DNA from: Eledone cirrhosa
Taxonomy: Eukaryota
NCBI GenBank assembly: GCA_964016885.1
Contig: OZ024742.1
Coordinates: 176,328,001 to 176,392,000, forward strand
Length of the DNA stretch: 64,000 nt
Direction: 5' to 3'
The position numbers and the translations under genes are program-made. Positions 41,031-52,292 of the stretch are shown here, in pieces. A model generated the notes under the pieces. The model did no database searches, was not told the DNA's origin, and saw only the letters and a program-made list of their open reading frames with translations. Every line of letters starts with the position of its first letter. Within the stretch, counting starts at the first letter, position 1.

Positions 41031-43329
41031 ACTACACTTAACCCTTTCATGGCTGCATTTCTAATGAAATACTATTTAAATTAATTAATAATGAATTCTG
41101 AAGGATTTACTAAAATTACTAATTATTTTATGACTTAGATTGTAACTTAATGTCAGTTTCTTATATAGAATTATGCTGGAAGATTTTAATTGGACACTTT
41201 TAAAATGGGTGGTTTTATTTCATAGACCAGTGCTTGTTTTGGCTGGATTGGTAACAAAGGTGTTAAATTGTTCATTACTTTCCATCTTTCCCTTTTCCAT
41301 ACCCATTGCTGCTGAAGCATACTGAATAAGAGATTGATACCAGGCTTAACAACATTATGTACCGGGGTTCATATGGTTAACTAAATCAAGGCAATCTCCC
41401 AGCATGGTTGCAGTTGAAAAAGAACTGAAGCCAGTAGAAGAATAAAAGTATAAAGGTATTGATTATATTCAGATTATGAGATTCTGTGTTTGACTACACT
41501 GCACAGAACCTTGGGTAAACCTCTTTGCCATAGCCTTGAGCAACGAATCTTTGTGTGTATATTTGGGTTGAAGGAAACCATGTGGAATCTCTTGGATGGA
41601 TTGTACCTAGAATTCAAAAGTCCATATTTGTCTCACAGCCTCACCCTTTGCCTGCAAATTAATAAATTATATTAAAAGTATAAGTGATTCAGCCACATAC
41701 ACAATAATTTAATGTTGTTCTGTCTATTGAATAACCAGAACTCTCATCATCATCCTCAACATCATTTTAAATATGCTTTAAAATTATAATGCTGATGATG
41801 AAACCTAACAAAAGACATAGTTGTGTAGCTGTATATAAAATTCCTTGCAGGCATGGATTGTTGTTTGTTTGTTATCTTTTATGATAGATCCTAATTTTGA
41901 ATAATAATTATATACTAAATGCACTCATTATGTAAAACATGTTAAATATTCTTAATAAAAAAAAACATAAAGACTTGTTTTGGGAAGCCATTGTAGAAAC
42001 TTTCGTCTTCTCATCTTACTTCCCACTGATTACATAATTTATTTCAAATATTACCATTAATTTTAATATAAACCATTTTGATTTCATCAAAACAGAACCA
42101 TGAATCCTACTTCATTGTCCATAATTTAGACAGTTATCATCATATCTAATTTCCAAAATATTTCCATATTACTTTAATTTACTTTTAATTAAAGTCCATT
42201 TTTATTTTGTTTTTGGTTTCAATATAAATACTAATTAGAGTAATATGATAATTAAAGTACATAATTGGTATTATAGAAATGAAATTTCCCCTGAAGTGAT
42301 GAAATGGAAAGAAAATATTCTCAAATATTTATCCTGTAAATTTTATATTCAGAAATGTCCAGAGATAGTGTGAATGGACACAGTAGTTAGAGAGTTAGAT
42401 AGAATGCTTTGTGATGTTCATTCTAGATCTCTGTGCTCTGCTTTATTCCTCTTTTGTACATGTAATTATAATGAAATGTACTATATGTCAATTAATTAAT
42501 TAAGAATGTTGATGGTACGTCCTGAAATGATTAATTATTTAATGACTAAGATAGTAACATAACAGGGTTCTTATATAAAATTATGTTGGAAGATTTGATC
42601 TGACATAGAAACCCTTAAAATTTGGTGGCTTTGATTTATAAAATCAAAGCTGGTTTTGGCAAAATTACTATCAAAAAGGGTAAATTCTGCCCAAGGACAA
42701 AGTTGGCGTCAATTGGAGTTAATTAATCAAGCAACATTCCAATACTGGAGTCAATGATTCTTCATTCGCACTTCCTTGTTTTCCTTCTCACATTATCTCT
42801 TTCTCCCTCCCTCCCTCTCTCTCTATGTATATATATATGTATATATATATATATATAATAGAAACACACTTAGAATATCCTATTCTACAACTCCCAACCT
42901 CACACACAATATCATAGCATCTAGCTTAGCTAAATTAAGTAGCCGTAGTAATATAAACGATCCTAAATTTAGTTCTAGCTGCAATTGTATTAATAAAAAC
43001 TACTTTCCTCTAACCTATCAAGCAAGTTTATGAATATAAGGTTAATACACCAATTACTAGTAAAGCTTACATAGGGTTAACAGTCAATATCTTTAAGCAG
43101 GGTTTATACTTGCAATTTCATTCATATTGAAATCCTTTAAGAAGGAATATGACTTCACTTTTGGCCTATATCTGCACGTAAAAGGCAATATCATCCAATA
43201 TAGGTTACACTGGCAAATTTTAGTTAAAGCTAGATCCTATAACAACAATAAAATACCTTGTGATCTTTGGGCTGTTGAAGCCCTAAAAATCCTTTAACCC
43301 CAACCAATGTATTTTAAACAAAAAATCTG

Positions 43330-43822
43330 AGGCAATTTAGCTTGTAAATCTAAACTGAATAAAACATTCTTATTTTACACCAGCATAACATCTGATGACT
43401 CTTGTCAACAACATGACAGGTTAGTGACGAAAATCTCATAGGTGTGCCAGGATCAAGTTCCTGTTTGATTCCTTTGTGATAATGCTCAGCTACATACATC
43501 AATGATTACCCATGAGAAGCTGCTGAAGCTAAGTTGGGAAGTTATGCTTTACCTGCCTTATTCACCTGACCTTGTGCCTCAAGACTATCAACTTTTCTCT
43601 CAATGAGCAATGCAATGATTTTTGCCAATGAAGATAAGTTAAATAGGGGGTTGATGGAATTCTTTGCGTTGAAGCCAGAAGTATTCTACAGAGATGGAAT
43701 TATGTGCCTCCCTCAACGATAGTTGATGGCAATTAATTTGATTTGTAACATTTTCTTAACGTTAAAAAAGCCCCAAACAATACAAATTTGGAACATGGCG
43801 AGAACATTCTATCCAACCTACC
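43330..43822 (+). pseudogene. mariner transposase C-terminal relic with right TIR
   Basis: From 43478: DNAQLHT...WEVMLYLPYSPDLVPQDYQLF, then FFALKPEVFYRDGIMCLPQR. TCCAACCTA TIR-like end. Confidence 0.85.
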
Positions 43823-44138
43823 ATATATCTATATGCTAGCATGAAAGTCTAACCCATGCTAGAATGGAAAATGGATGTTATACGATGATGATGAAGATTT
43901 TATATATACACATATCTATATATATACAGATACACATACAGTGAGAGAGAAAGAGATTAAAATATATATACAATGTAAATATATAAATAATTATAAATAC
44001 CGACCTGTTGATCATAACCCCTCAATGCAAATTTGGTGCTAAAATACTAAAACTAAAGGCAACTCACTAAGAAATTTTAGAGTAAAACATTATTAAAAAC
44101 AATTTAATCAAGTAAAACAATGAAATATTAAAATTACT

Positions 44139-44178
<40 letters not shown>

Positions 44179-44324
44179 TTTTGAGTTTATGTTGGTTGCA
44201 TACCAACACCTCAGTATGCAGGCTGGAGCACTCGACGAAGTGCGCAGGTTGGTTTGGTTACTCCGGAGTATTGTAAAATAAAGTTAAATAAAAGTCAAAT
44301 GATTAAAATTTAGCTTCGTTTATT

Positions 44325-44379
44325 ACTGCTATATATATTTCAGTGACAGCCATCTTTGGCTGTGACCTCTTCAGGCAGT
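44325..44379 (-). ncRNA. Type-I hammerhead ribozyme
   Basis: Mirror of 44623-44677. Confidence 0.85.
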
Positions 44380-44622
44380 TTGAATTAGTATGGTATAGAC
44401 AAGTACATATGTTGTTTAGGTGTATGATATTGTCAATACTCTGATATGCCCAGTTCCTTGTTGGGTTGTTAATTCACTGGGGAACTGGAGTCATACTGGA
44501 GTCATATATGACTCCAGTTCCCCAGTGAATTAACAACCCAACAAGGAACTGGGCATATCAGAGTATTGACAATATCATACACCTAAACAACATATGTACT
44601 TGTCTATACCATACTAATTCAA

Positions 44623-44677
44623 ACTGCCTGAAGAGGTCACAGCCAAAGATGGCTGTCACTGAAATATATATAGCAGT
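44623..44677 (+). ncRNA. Type-I hammerhead ribozyme
   Basis: ACTGC-CTGAAGA-GGTC ACAGCCA AAGA TGGCTGT CACT-GAAA-TATATA-TA-GCAGT. Confidence 0.85.
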
Positions 44678-44721
44678 AATAAACGAAGCTAAATTTTAAT
44701 CATTTGACTTTTATTTAACTT

Positions 44722-44805
<84 letters not shown>

Positions 44806-44929
44806 TGTGCAACTTGTGGTGCACCTTTCTCGGTGTGAGAAACCTATAGATTATTATTTATTCAAGATGGTCCAGGTTAACCTTCAATCTGTTGTATTTA
44901 TTGTTGTTGTGATATAAACTAAGGTCACA

Positions 44930-45392
44930 TGCCTCCCCTAAAATTGTTGGCCTTGTGCCTATATCAGAAACAATTGTTATTATTATTGTTATTATTATTA
45001 TTACAAGGGTGGTGGATTGTTAGTACCGTTAGAGGGTCAGATGCAGTGATTTGCAGCATGATCTCATTTCAAATCCCGCTGTGGTTAACTTTGCCTTTCA
45101 TCCTTACGAGGTCGATAAAATAAAGTAACAGTCATGAACTGGGGTTTGTTTTAATTGACTTTCCCCCACCCCAAAACTGCTGGCCTTATTATTATTATAT
45201 ATATATATATAAGGCGCTGAATTGGCAGTATCGGTAGAGGATCGGACATGCTTTCCAGCATAGTTACATCCCTTTATGATCTGAGTTCAAATCCCGCCGA
45301 AGTTAACTTTGCCTTTCATCGGGGTCGATAAAATAAAGTACCAGTAATGTAATGGGATAATTGCTGGCCTTGTGCCTAAAGTAGAAACAATT
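44930..45392 (+). mobile_element. SINE cluster (fragment + two copies)
   Basis: Core motif at 45085-45130 and 45300-45345. Confidence 0.8.
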
Positions 45393-45434
45393 ATATATAT
45401 AGATAATATATATATATATATATATATATTATTA

Positions 45435-45742
45435 TGGAGGCACATGGCACATGGCTTGCAATCGAAAGGTTGTGAGTTCAATTCTCAGACCGGGTGATGT
45501 GTTGTTTCCTTGAGCAAGACACTTTATTTCACATTGCTCCAGTTTACTCAGCTGTAGAAATGAGATGATAGGGACTGGGGTCCCTATCATTCCACTGCAA
45601 AGTGGTCATGGAGGTGCCACGGCAAAAAAGCACCCAGCACTCACTGTAAATGAGGTTGGTGTTAGCATCCAGCTGTAGAAATCAAGCCAGAATCAGTTCC
45701 CGTCCCACCCTTGCAAGCAGGGAAAAGCGGACGTAAAATGAT
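45435..45742 (+). mobile_element. Second SINE family with RTE-derived 3' tail
   Basis: tRNA-like head (GAGTTCAATT) and CCTTGAGCAAGACACTT. The tail matches the RTE family B 3' UTR, then the family A terminus. Confidence 0.7.
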
Positions 45743-45765
45743 TTTAAAAAAAATATATATATATA

Positions 45766-46290
45766 TATGGACATGTGATGCGTATGAAGGATGACAGCTG
45801 CATAAAAAGGTGCAGAGCACTAGAAGTTGATGGAAACCGCGGAGTGGGGAGACCCAAGATGACTTGGGATGAGGTGATAAAAGCCGACCTTACCCAACTA
45901 CACCTCTCAAAGTCAATGACACACGACCGTGACTTCTGGCGTCACGCAGTAATACAGGGTACCCGACCTCCCATGGGTACATGCTGAAGCATATAAACAA
46001 TATGCCCCCCCCCCACCGCAAGGTGGCCGTGGAGGTGCCACGGCAAAAAAGCACCCAGCCCACACTGTAAAGTGGACGTGTAGGCGCCACGAAAAAGCAC
46101 CCAGCACTCACTGTAAATGAGGTTGGTGTTAGGAAGGGCATCCAGCTGTAGAAATCAAGCCAGATCAGTTCCTGTATGAGCAAGGCATGGTCAGCCGACC
46201 AGACGCTGCCCACAACAGGACAACCCGTCTAACCCATGCTAGCGTGGAAGAACGGACGTAAAACGGTGATGATGATGATGATGGTGATGA
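45766..46290 (+). mobile_element. 5'-truncated young RTE copy (family B)
   Basis: Near-identical to 50756-51277, with a (GAT)n tail and (TA)n flanks. Confidence 0.92.
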
Positions 46291-46802
46291 TATATATATA
46301 TATATATATAAAGAGTAAAATAACCAGGATTGCATTAAGCTATTTAATTGATTTATGAACATATCTATCAATGCAATAAGATGTTCCATTGTTTTCTTCT
46401 GTACTGATTTATTCAGAATAAAATAAACAATATAAATAATATATTTAACATTAATGTCCAGATATCTCCGATTAGAAAATATAAACAAATTTCAAATATT
46501 TTAACACCTTACCAATTGTATTTTAAATTTGCTTACATTTTCAAAATACAGACAAAAATAAAGAAACATCGAACCGTAATGAGAGAAACGTTTGTAAATC
46601 AATAAATAATTCAATATAAGTTAATGCTGTTTATTTTATTTTGTGATATTGTAAAACTATTGTGATTGGAAATTAACCAATTGGATTAATCTCTGAACTG
46701 TCATTGCTTTGGACTATAAAATCACATTTGATCTTTGAATTATTCTTTGCCTCATATGGTTATGTTATCAACTCATCTAAACTATTATATATATATATAT
46801 AT

Positions 46803-47259
46803 ATAAATGTAATCTGAGTTTTTCGAATATTAATAATATTCGATTTGTTTGCAATTATGCAAACAAGCCTCATTTTTAAAGCCATGTGAACCCCTCATTT
46901 TTGCTCTTCTGTTGGCAAGTAAACAGAACTGCAGACACTAATGTTTCTGGGTACTACCCTTCATTAGTACAGTTAACTGTTCACCTGCCAACTGTCAGAG
47001 CTAGTGAAAATATATGATATTTTCTAAAATATACAGTGACCTGAATATCTGACTGACTTGAATTGCATATTAGCAGACTGGCTGATCAGTCAGATCTGCA
47101 TATTAGCAGATCCACTGATCAGCCAGATTTTCATATCAGCAGACTGGCCAGTCAGTTTCCTGTACACAAGCAATGAATGGCCAGCTTTGCCATATTCAAA
47201 TAAAAAATAAAACTGGATGAATACAATAAATGTAATCTGAGTTTTTTGAATATTAATAA
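46803..47259 (-). mobile_element. Terminally redundant HHR element (family N4), 423-bp unit + ~34-bp repeat
   Basis: ATAAATGTAATCTGAGTTTTT.GAATATTAATAAT at 46803 and 47226. Internal ~30-bp tandem at 47045-47160. Confidence 0.75.
46927..46974 (-). ncRNA. Hammerhead ribozyme with G5A core mutation
   Basis: AACTGTA-CTAATGA-AGGGT AGT ACCCA-GAAA-CATTAGTG-TC-TGCAGTT. All helices pair. Confidence 0.7.
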
Positions 47260-47261
47260 TA

Positions 47262-47620
47262 ACAATGCCTGTGTTTTGAAGGGTTTTTAAGTGGGGAAAG
47301 GCCTTGCATGCGACCAATCCCACTTTCTGAGCATCGAAAACACTACCTGAAAACGAAAACTGGTCAACATCATTGGATACTGCCGAAGCCGCAGTTTTTT
47401 TTCAGAGTTTCCTACTCCTAGAAAGGTGTTGTGACAACAACTGGGGTTATTTCACTCCCAGGTGAAAAAAAAAGTACTATTTGAATGGCCATTGACTCTG
47501 TTGAGTTCCTCTGACCTTTGCCGTATTTCATCCCGCAGGGTGCCCAAATATCACCTTCCTCACCATGAGACTGGTTGCACTGGGTTACATGTTACCAGTA
47601 ACACTCGAGAGTGACCTAAC
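47262..47620. repeat. Unclassified dispersed repeat (related pieces at 53970-54480, partly inverted)
   Basis: CATCCC.CAGGGTG.CCAAA and GGTTACATGTTACCAGTA are shared. AACTGGTC.ACATCATTGGAT is shared in the opposite orientation. Confidence 0.6.
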
Positions 47621-47659
<39 letters not shown>

Positions 47660-47783
47660 CAAAGAGATATTTAATTTGTTGGTAATTCTATAAATATATT
47701 TATAACAGATTCGAAGCACTCGACAAGTTTTCTGGAGTATAATATCAATGCTATTAATAAATGGAAACTATATTTATAAAACC

Positions 47784-47853
47784 ATATTTATTCTATTATA
47801 TATATTTCAAGGGTACCAAAACTTTGGTACGCTCTCATCAGATAAAAAACCAA
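47784..47853 (-). ncRNA. Type-I hammerhead ribozyme
   Basis: TCATCAG at 47835-41 and TTTC at 47805-08. Mirror of 47945-48014. Confidence 0.8.
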
Positions 47854-47944
47854 AATTTGTTTTCATAAATAGTGACATACCCAGGAATCAGACTTTAACA
47901 GTTCAGGTCTGATTCCTGGGTATGTCACTATTTATAAAACAAAT

Positions 47945-48014
47945 TTTGTATTTTATCTGATGAGAGCGTACCAAAGTTTTGGTACCTTTGAAATATATAT
48001 AATAGAATAAATAT
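47945..48014 (+). ncRNA. Type-I hammerhead ribozyme
   Basis: CTGATGA at 47957, helix II GTACCAAA/TTTGGTAC, GAAA at 47990, TATATA-TA, helix I. Confidence 0.8.
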
Positions 48015-48059
48015 GGTTTTATAAATATAGTGTCCATTTATTAATATCATTGATATATA

Positions 48060-48652
48060 TCATAGATTGAGTTAGAAACTCAAAATAGTCTTTTTAAATA
48101 GCTCAAAGAAGAGAATCTTTCTGAGCCGTGTAATATAATTGAATATATGAGAGAGATGAACTCAGATGTAAATATATAAATCAATAAAAATAACAAACCT
48201 ATATCGGGCAACAGCCTTTGATACCCAGACAGACTTAAATCTGTTTTGCAACAATTATTAATAGAAAGCCACAATTCCTGTGCTCTTCAGCGAATATTCA
48301 GAAAATTCGTACCTTTCACTTCAAAGGATCTAAGAAGACTGAAGGATATGCTGATATAAAAGCACATGTCGCAGCGACTAGCAAGTCTCATACTCATGCC
48401 GCTAAAAATAGCAGCCGGGTTTATGAGGAATTGTGGCTTTCATTTAATAATTCTTGCGAAACAGATTTAAGTCTGTCTGGGTATCAAAGGCTTTTGCCCG
48501 TTATAGGTTTGTTATTTTTATTGATTTATTACTTTAAATCGAGTCAGGCAAACTATATTGTTTTAAATTAGTATTTTTTCAACCTAGCTAACCTGGTCAT
48601 TTGCAATTGGAACACATGTGTTCATCTCTCTCTCATATATTCAATTATATCA
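48060..48652. mobile_element. Older fold-back HHR element (family N3)
   Basis: IR arms 48176-48279 / 48427-48530 and 48134-48162 / 48620-48650. HHR on the minus strand at 48220-48298 (CTGAAGA-GCA...TGC-AAAA-CAGAT..GTCTG-TC). The right arm retains CGAAA. Confidence 0.75.
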
Positions 48653-48653
48653 T

Positions 48654-48692
<39 letters not shown>

Positions 48693-48715
48693 CACACACA
48701 CATATATATATATAT

Positions 48716-50977
48716 AAGATCTGGAAGCTGAAAGTCCCCTCAACCAGTAACAGATTTAAAGATATTTTACTCAACGCCTACGACAGTAAAGAAGAACAGA
48801 TAGAGACATTTAACGTAGAAGAGAACTGGGAGTTCCTAAAAAATAACTTACTAGAGGCGACGGATGAGGTTTGTGGCTGGAGTAAGACCTCAAGCAGGAG
48901 GAGAGTGACTTGGTGGTGGAACAATAAGGTAGATGAAGCAGTCAAGGCCAAGAGACAGGCATGGAAAGAATGGAAGAACGGGGGGAGCAGGGTACATTAC
49001 ATAGAGACCAAGAGGGAAGCTAGGCGACAAGTATACTTAGCTAGGAGGGAAGCAGAGGATAGAAAATTCAAGCATGTTTTACAACGTGAGGACCAGAAAC
49101 AGGAGGTATTCAAGATTGCGAGGCAGTGTGTCAGAGATAGTTGTGATGTCATTGGAGAGAAGTGTATCCAGAATGATAAAGGTGAGCTTGCCCTCACAAG
49201 TGCTGAGAAGAAAGATGCATGGAAGAGTCATTATGATAGATTACTAAATGAGGAGAATGCATGGGAAGAAGAGACCCTACCCCACGTAGACCCTATAGAG
49301 GGACCAGCAGTACAAGTCAGCGGCAGCGTAGTAAGTAAGGCAATCAGAGATATGAAGATAGGGAAGGCAACCGGTCCATCGGGTATAGCTGCCGAGATGC
49401 TGAAGGCATCTGGGTCTGTAGGTCACACTATAACCACACGTATCGTTAACCAGGTAATACTAGAGGGGGCCATACCAAAAGATTGGTGCAGTAGCATCAT
49501 TGTCAACTGCTACAAAGGTAAAGGCGATGCACTAGATAGAGGAAACTATAGAGGTATAAAGTTGATGGACCAGGTCATGAAAGTAACAGAAAGAGTTATA
49601 GCACAGCTGATTAGGGACCGGGTGAATATAGACGAGATGCAATTTGGGTTTGTACCAGGGAAAGGCACCACTGATGCGCTCTTCCTTGTGAGGCAATTAC
49701 AGGAAAAGTACCTAGCTAAAAGTAAGCCACTCTACTTGGCATTTGTCGACCTTGAGAAAGCCTTTGACAGAGTTCCACGTGCAGTAATCTGGTGGGCTCT
49801 TAGAAAACTAGGAGTAGATGAATGGCTTGTGAAAGCGGTACAAGCCATGTATAGGGGAGCAGTCAGCAAAGTTAGGATTGGCAATGAGTATAGCGAGGAA
49901 TTTAGCGTACAGGTTGGGGTCCACCAGGGCTCTGTTCTTAGCCCTCTCCTGTTCATCATAGTCCTGCAGGCAATAACGGAGGAGTTTAAGACCGGATGCC
50001 CATGGGAACTCCTGTATGCTGATGACCTCGCACTCATAGCTGAATCTATGGTAGAACTAGAGAATAAATTCCAAACCTGGAAGCAGGGACTAGAGAGAAA
50101 GGGCCTCAAAGTCAACATGACAAAGACTAAGGTCCTTATAAGCAGACGAGAAAACAGAACCCAGATCCCCTCAGGGAAATGGCCTTGCTCAGTATGTAGG
50201 AAAGGTGTAGGTAGGAACTCCATTCTTTGCCCCAAATGCAAACAATGGGTACACAAGAGATGTAGCGGGATCTCAGGAAGCTTAATTAAGAATGTAGGAT
50301 TCACATGCAGCAGCTGTGCTGAAACAGCAAGCAAACAGCCACAGGAAACAAGTACCACCAATCTCTGGGAGGGCCCTGTAGAAACAGTAGACAGCTTCTG
50401 CTACCTAGGTGACCGAATTAGCAACGGAGGTGGGTGCTCAGAAAGTACAATAACTAGGGTAAGAACGGGATGGAAGAAGTTTAGGGAACTACTACCACTG
50501 CTAGCTGCAAAAGGCTTCTCCCTCAGAATGAAAGGCAGACTGTATGATGCGTGTATCCGAACAGCGATGTTGCATGGTAGTGAGACCTGGGCGCTGAAGG
50601 TGGAAGACTTACGTAGATTAGAGAGAAACGAAGCCTGCATGCTCCGATGGATGTGTAACAGTAATATACGTGAACGACAAAGCATAAAGGAATTGAGAGA
50701 GAGACTGAGCATAAGAGGAATCAAATGCTGCGTGCAGGAGAGGCGGTTACGCTGGTATGGACATGTGATGCGTATGAAGGATGACAGCTGCATAAAAAGG
50801 TGCAGAGCACTAGAAGTTGATGGAAACCGCGGAGTGGGGAGACCCAAGATGACTTGGGATGAGGTGATAAAAGCCGACCTTACCCAACTACACCTCTCAA
50901 AGTCAATGACACACGACCGTGACTTCTGGCGTCACGCAGTAATACAGGGTACCCGACCTCCCATGGGTACATGCTGA
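48716..50977 (+). CDS. RTE LINE ORF (5'-truncated; RT with inserted PHD-type finger), uninterrupted
   Basis: KGKGD..NYRGIKL, QFGF..GKGTTDA, FVDLEKAFD, VHQGSVLSP, LLYADD, C-x2-C...C-x2-C-x4-H-x2-C...C-x2-C, FCYLGD, LHGSETW. The track ORF start at 48653 is microsatellite. Confidence 0.95.
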   Translation, partial: KIWKLKVPSTSNRFKDILLNAYDSKEEQIETFNVEENWEFLKNNLLEATDEVCGWSKTSSRRRVTWWWNNKVDEAVKAKRQAWKEWKNGGSRVHYIETKREARRQVYLARREAEDRKFKHVLQREDQKQEVFKIARQCVRDSCDVIGEKCIQNDKGELALTSAEKKDAWKSHYDRLLNEENAWEEETLPHVDPIEGPAVQVSGSVVSKAIRDMKIGKATGPSGIAAEMLKASGSVGHTITTRIVNQVILEGAIPKDWCSSIIVNCYKGKGDALDRGNYRGIKLMDQVMKVTERVIAQLIRDRVNIDEMQFGFVPGKGTTDALFLVRQLQEKYLAKSKPLYLAFVDLEKAFDRVPRAVIWWALRKLGVDEWLVKAVQAMYRGAVSKVRIGNEYSEEFSVQVGVHQGSVLSPLLFIIVLQAITEEFKTGCPWELLYADDLALIAESMVELENKFQTWKQGLERKGLKVNMTKTKVLISRRENRTQIPSGKWPCSVCRKGVGRNSILCPKCKQWVHKRCSGISGSLIKNVGFTCSSCAETASKQPQETSTTNLWEGPVETVDSFCYLGDRISNGGGCSESTITRVRTGWKKFRELLPLLAAKGFSLRMKGRLYDACIRTAMLHGSETWALKVEDLRRLERNEACMLRWMCNSNIRERQSIKELRERLSIRGIKCCVQERRLRWYGHVMRMKDDSCIKRCRALEVDGNRGVGRPKMTWDEVIKADLTQLHLSKSMTHDRDFWRHAVIQGTRPPMGTC

Positions 50978-51277
50978 AGCATATAAACAATATGCCCCCC
51001 CCCACCGCAAGGTGGTCGTGGAGGTGCCACGGCAAAAAAGCACCCAGCCCACACTGTAAAGTGGACGTGTAGGCGCCACGAAAAAGCACCCAGCACTCAC
51101 TGTAAATGAGGTTGGTGTTAGGAAGGGCATCCAGCTGTAGAAATCAAGCCAGATCAGTTCCTGTATGAGCAAGGCATGGTCAGCCGACCAGACACTGCCC
51201 ACAACAGGACAACCCGTCTAACCCATGCTAGCGTGGAAGAACGGACGTAAAACGGTGATGATGATGATGATGATGAT
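48716..51277 (+). mobile_element. Young RTE LINE (family B)
   Basis: ORF plus a ~280-bp 3' UTR and (GAT)n tail, inserted in (TA)n. Confidence 0.95.
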
Positions 51278-51278
51278 A

Positions 51279-51333
<55 letters not shown>

Positions 51334-51583
51334 GAGAGGTATAGAGATTGTTTTAGCAAGAAGCTAACGGCATTCTATAACATATATGCGACTATAACGT
51401 CAAGATGGGAAAAGTAGTTAACGAAAGATTTAGGAAAAATAACTCAAACTCATCTCAAAAGAGAATCAGGATATAAATTCATCCACAGAATTTAGTAAAA
51501 TCCAGGGAAAAATCTATAGACCTTTAACTCATGATAAAATACAGTTTGAAACACTTATCCTTCAATTTGGAATAACATCAAAT

Positions 51584-51664
51584 GCTCTGTATAGTCTTAA
51601 AAGACTATTTCATGAAAACTTTCAGTGGAGATGGTCACGGTTGGATTTCATTCATCAGCAGAGC
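51584..51664 (-). ncRNA. Full type-I hammerhead ribozyme with stable helix III
   Basis: GCTCTG-CTGATGA-ATGAAA...TTTCAT-GAA-ATAGTCTT TT AAGACTAT-A-CAGAGC. Confidence 0.9.
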
Positions 51665-52211
51665 TCAACAGAAACCAGGGCTCTCACAGTAGTATAATCC
51701 GAAAAAGGGAATTCTAAAACTGGCTAGTTCGCCTTCATGTGTATTTATGAAAAAGCACATGAGGAAAAAACGGGGCTAGTGACGTCAGGATGGAAGTGAA
51801 TGTTTATTTACAAGAAATAGCAGTCAAATACATTCTGAAAAAAACTCTACAAAGGAGTTCAGCAAAATAGCAATAATTATCACAGTTTTTATGAAAAAAA
51901 CCGGGATTAGTCACAGATAGTTTAAGCACTCTAGGAAAAGAATCCGAGTATAAATATAAATGAGAGGTATAGAGATTGTTTTAGCAAGAAGCTAACGGCA
52001 TTCTATAACATATATGCGACTATAACGTCAAGATGGGAAAAGTAGTTAACGAAAGATTTAGGAAAAATAACTCAAACTCATCTCAAAAGAGAATCAGGAT
52101 ATAAATTCATCCACAGAATTTAGTAAAATCCAGGGAAAAATCTATAGACCTTTAACTCATGATAAAATACAGTTTGAAACACTTATCCTTCAATTTGGAA
52201 TAACATCAAAT

Positions 52212-52292
52212 GCTCTGTATAGTCTTAAAAGACTATTTCATGAAAACTTTCAGTGGAGATGGTCACGGTTGGATTTCATTCATCAGCAGAGC
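52212..52292 (-). ncRNA. Full type-I hammerhead ribozyme (second unit)
   Basis: Identical to 51584-51664. Confidence 0.9.

Larger units (their letters stand above)
44177..44729. mobile_element. Fold-back HHR element (family N2), ~455-bp spacerless palindrome + ~97-bp extension
   Basis: 44274-44506 is the reverse complement of 44507-44729 apart from an 11-bp duplication. (TA)n on both sides. Confidence 0.92.
47657..48056. mobile_element. Miniature family N1 fold-back element with two HHRs
   Basis: Arms ~47744-47893 / ~47907-48054 with a 13-bp spacer. The left arm has a ~85-bp extension like 16420-16505. Confidence 0.9.

Noticed and set aside
43392-43445. CTGATGA...GAAA hammerhead-like string
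   Set aside because: It lies within the mariner transposase relic, and helices I and III do not pair.
44225-44245. GCAC...GTGC hairpin resembling a tracrRNA stem-loop
   Set aside because: Short coincidental similarity inside an HHR element extension.
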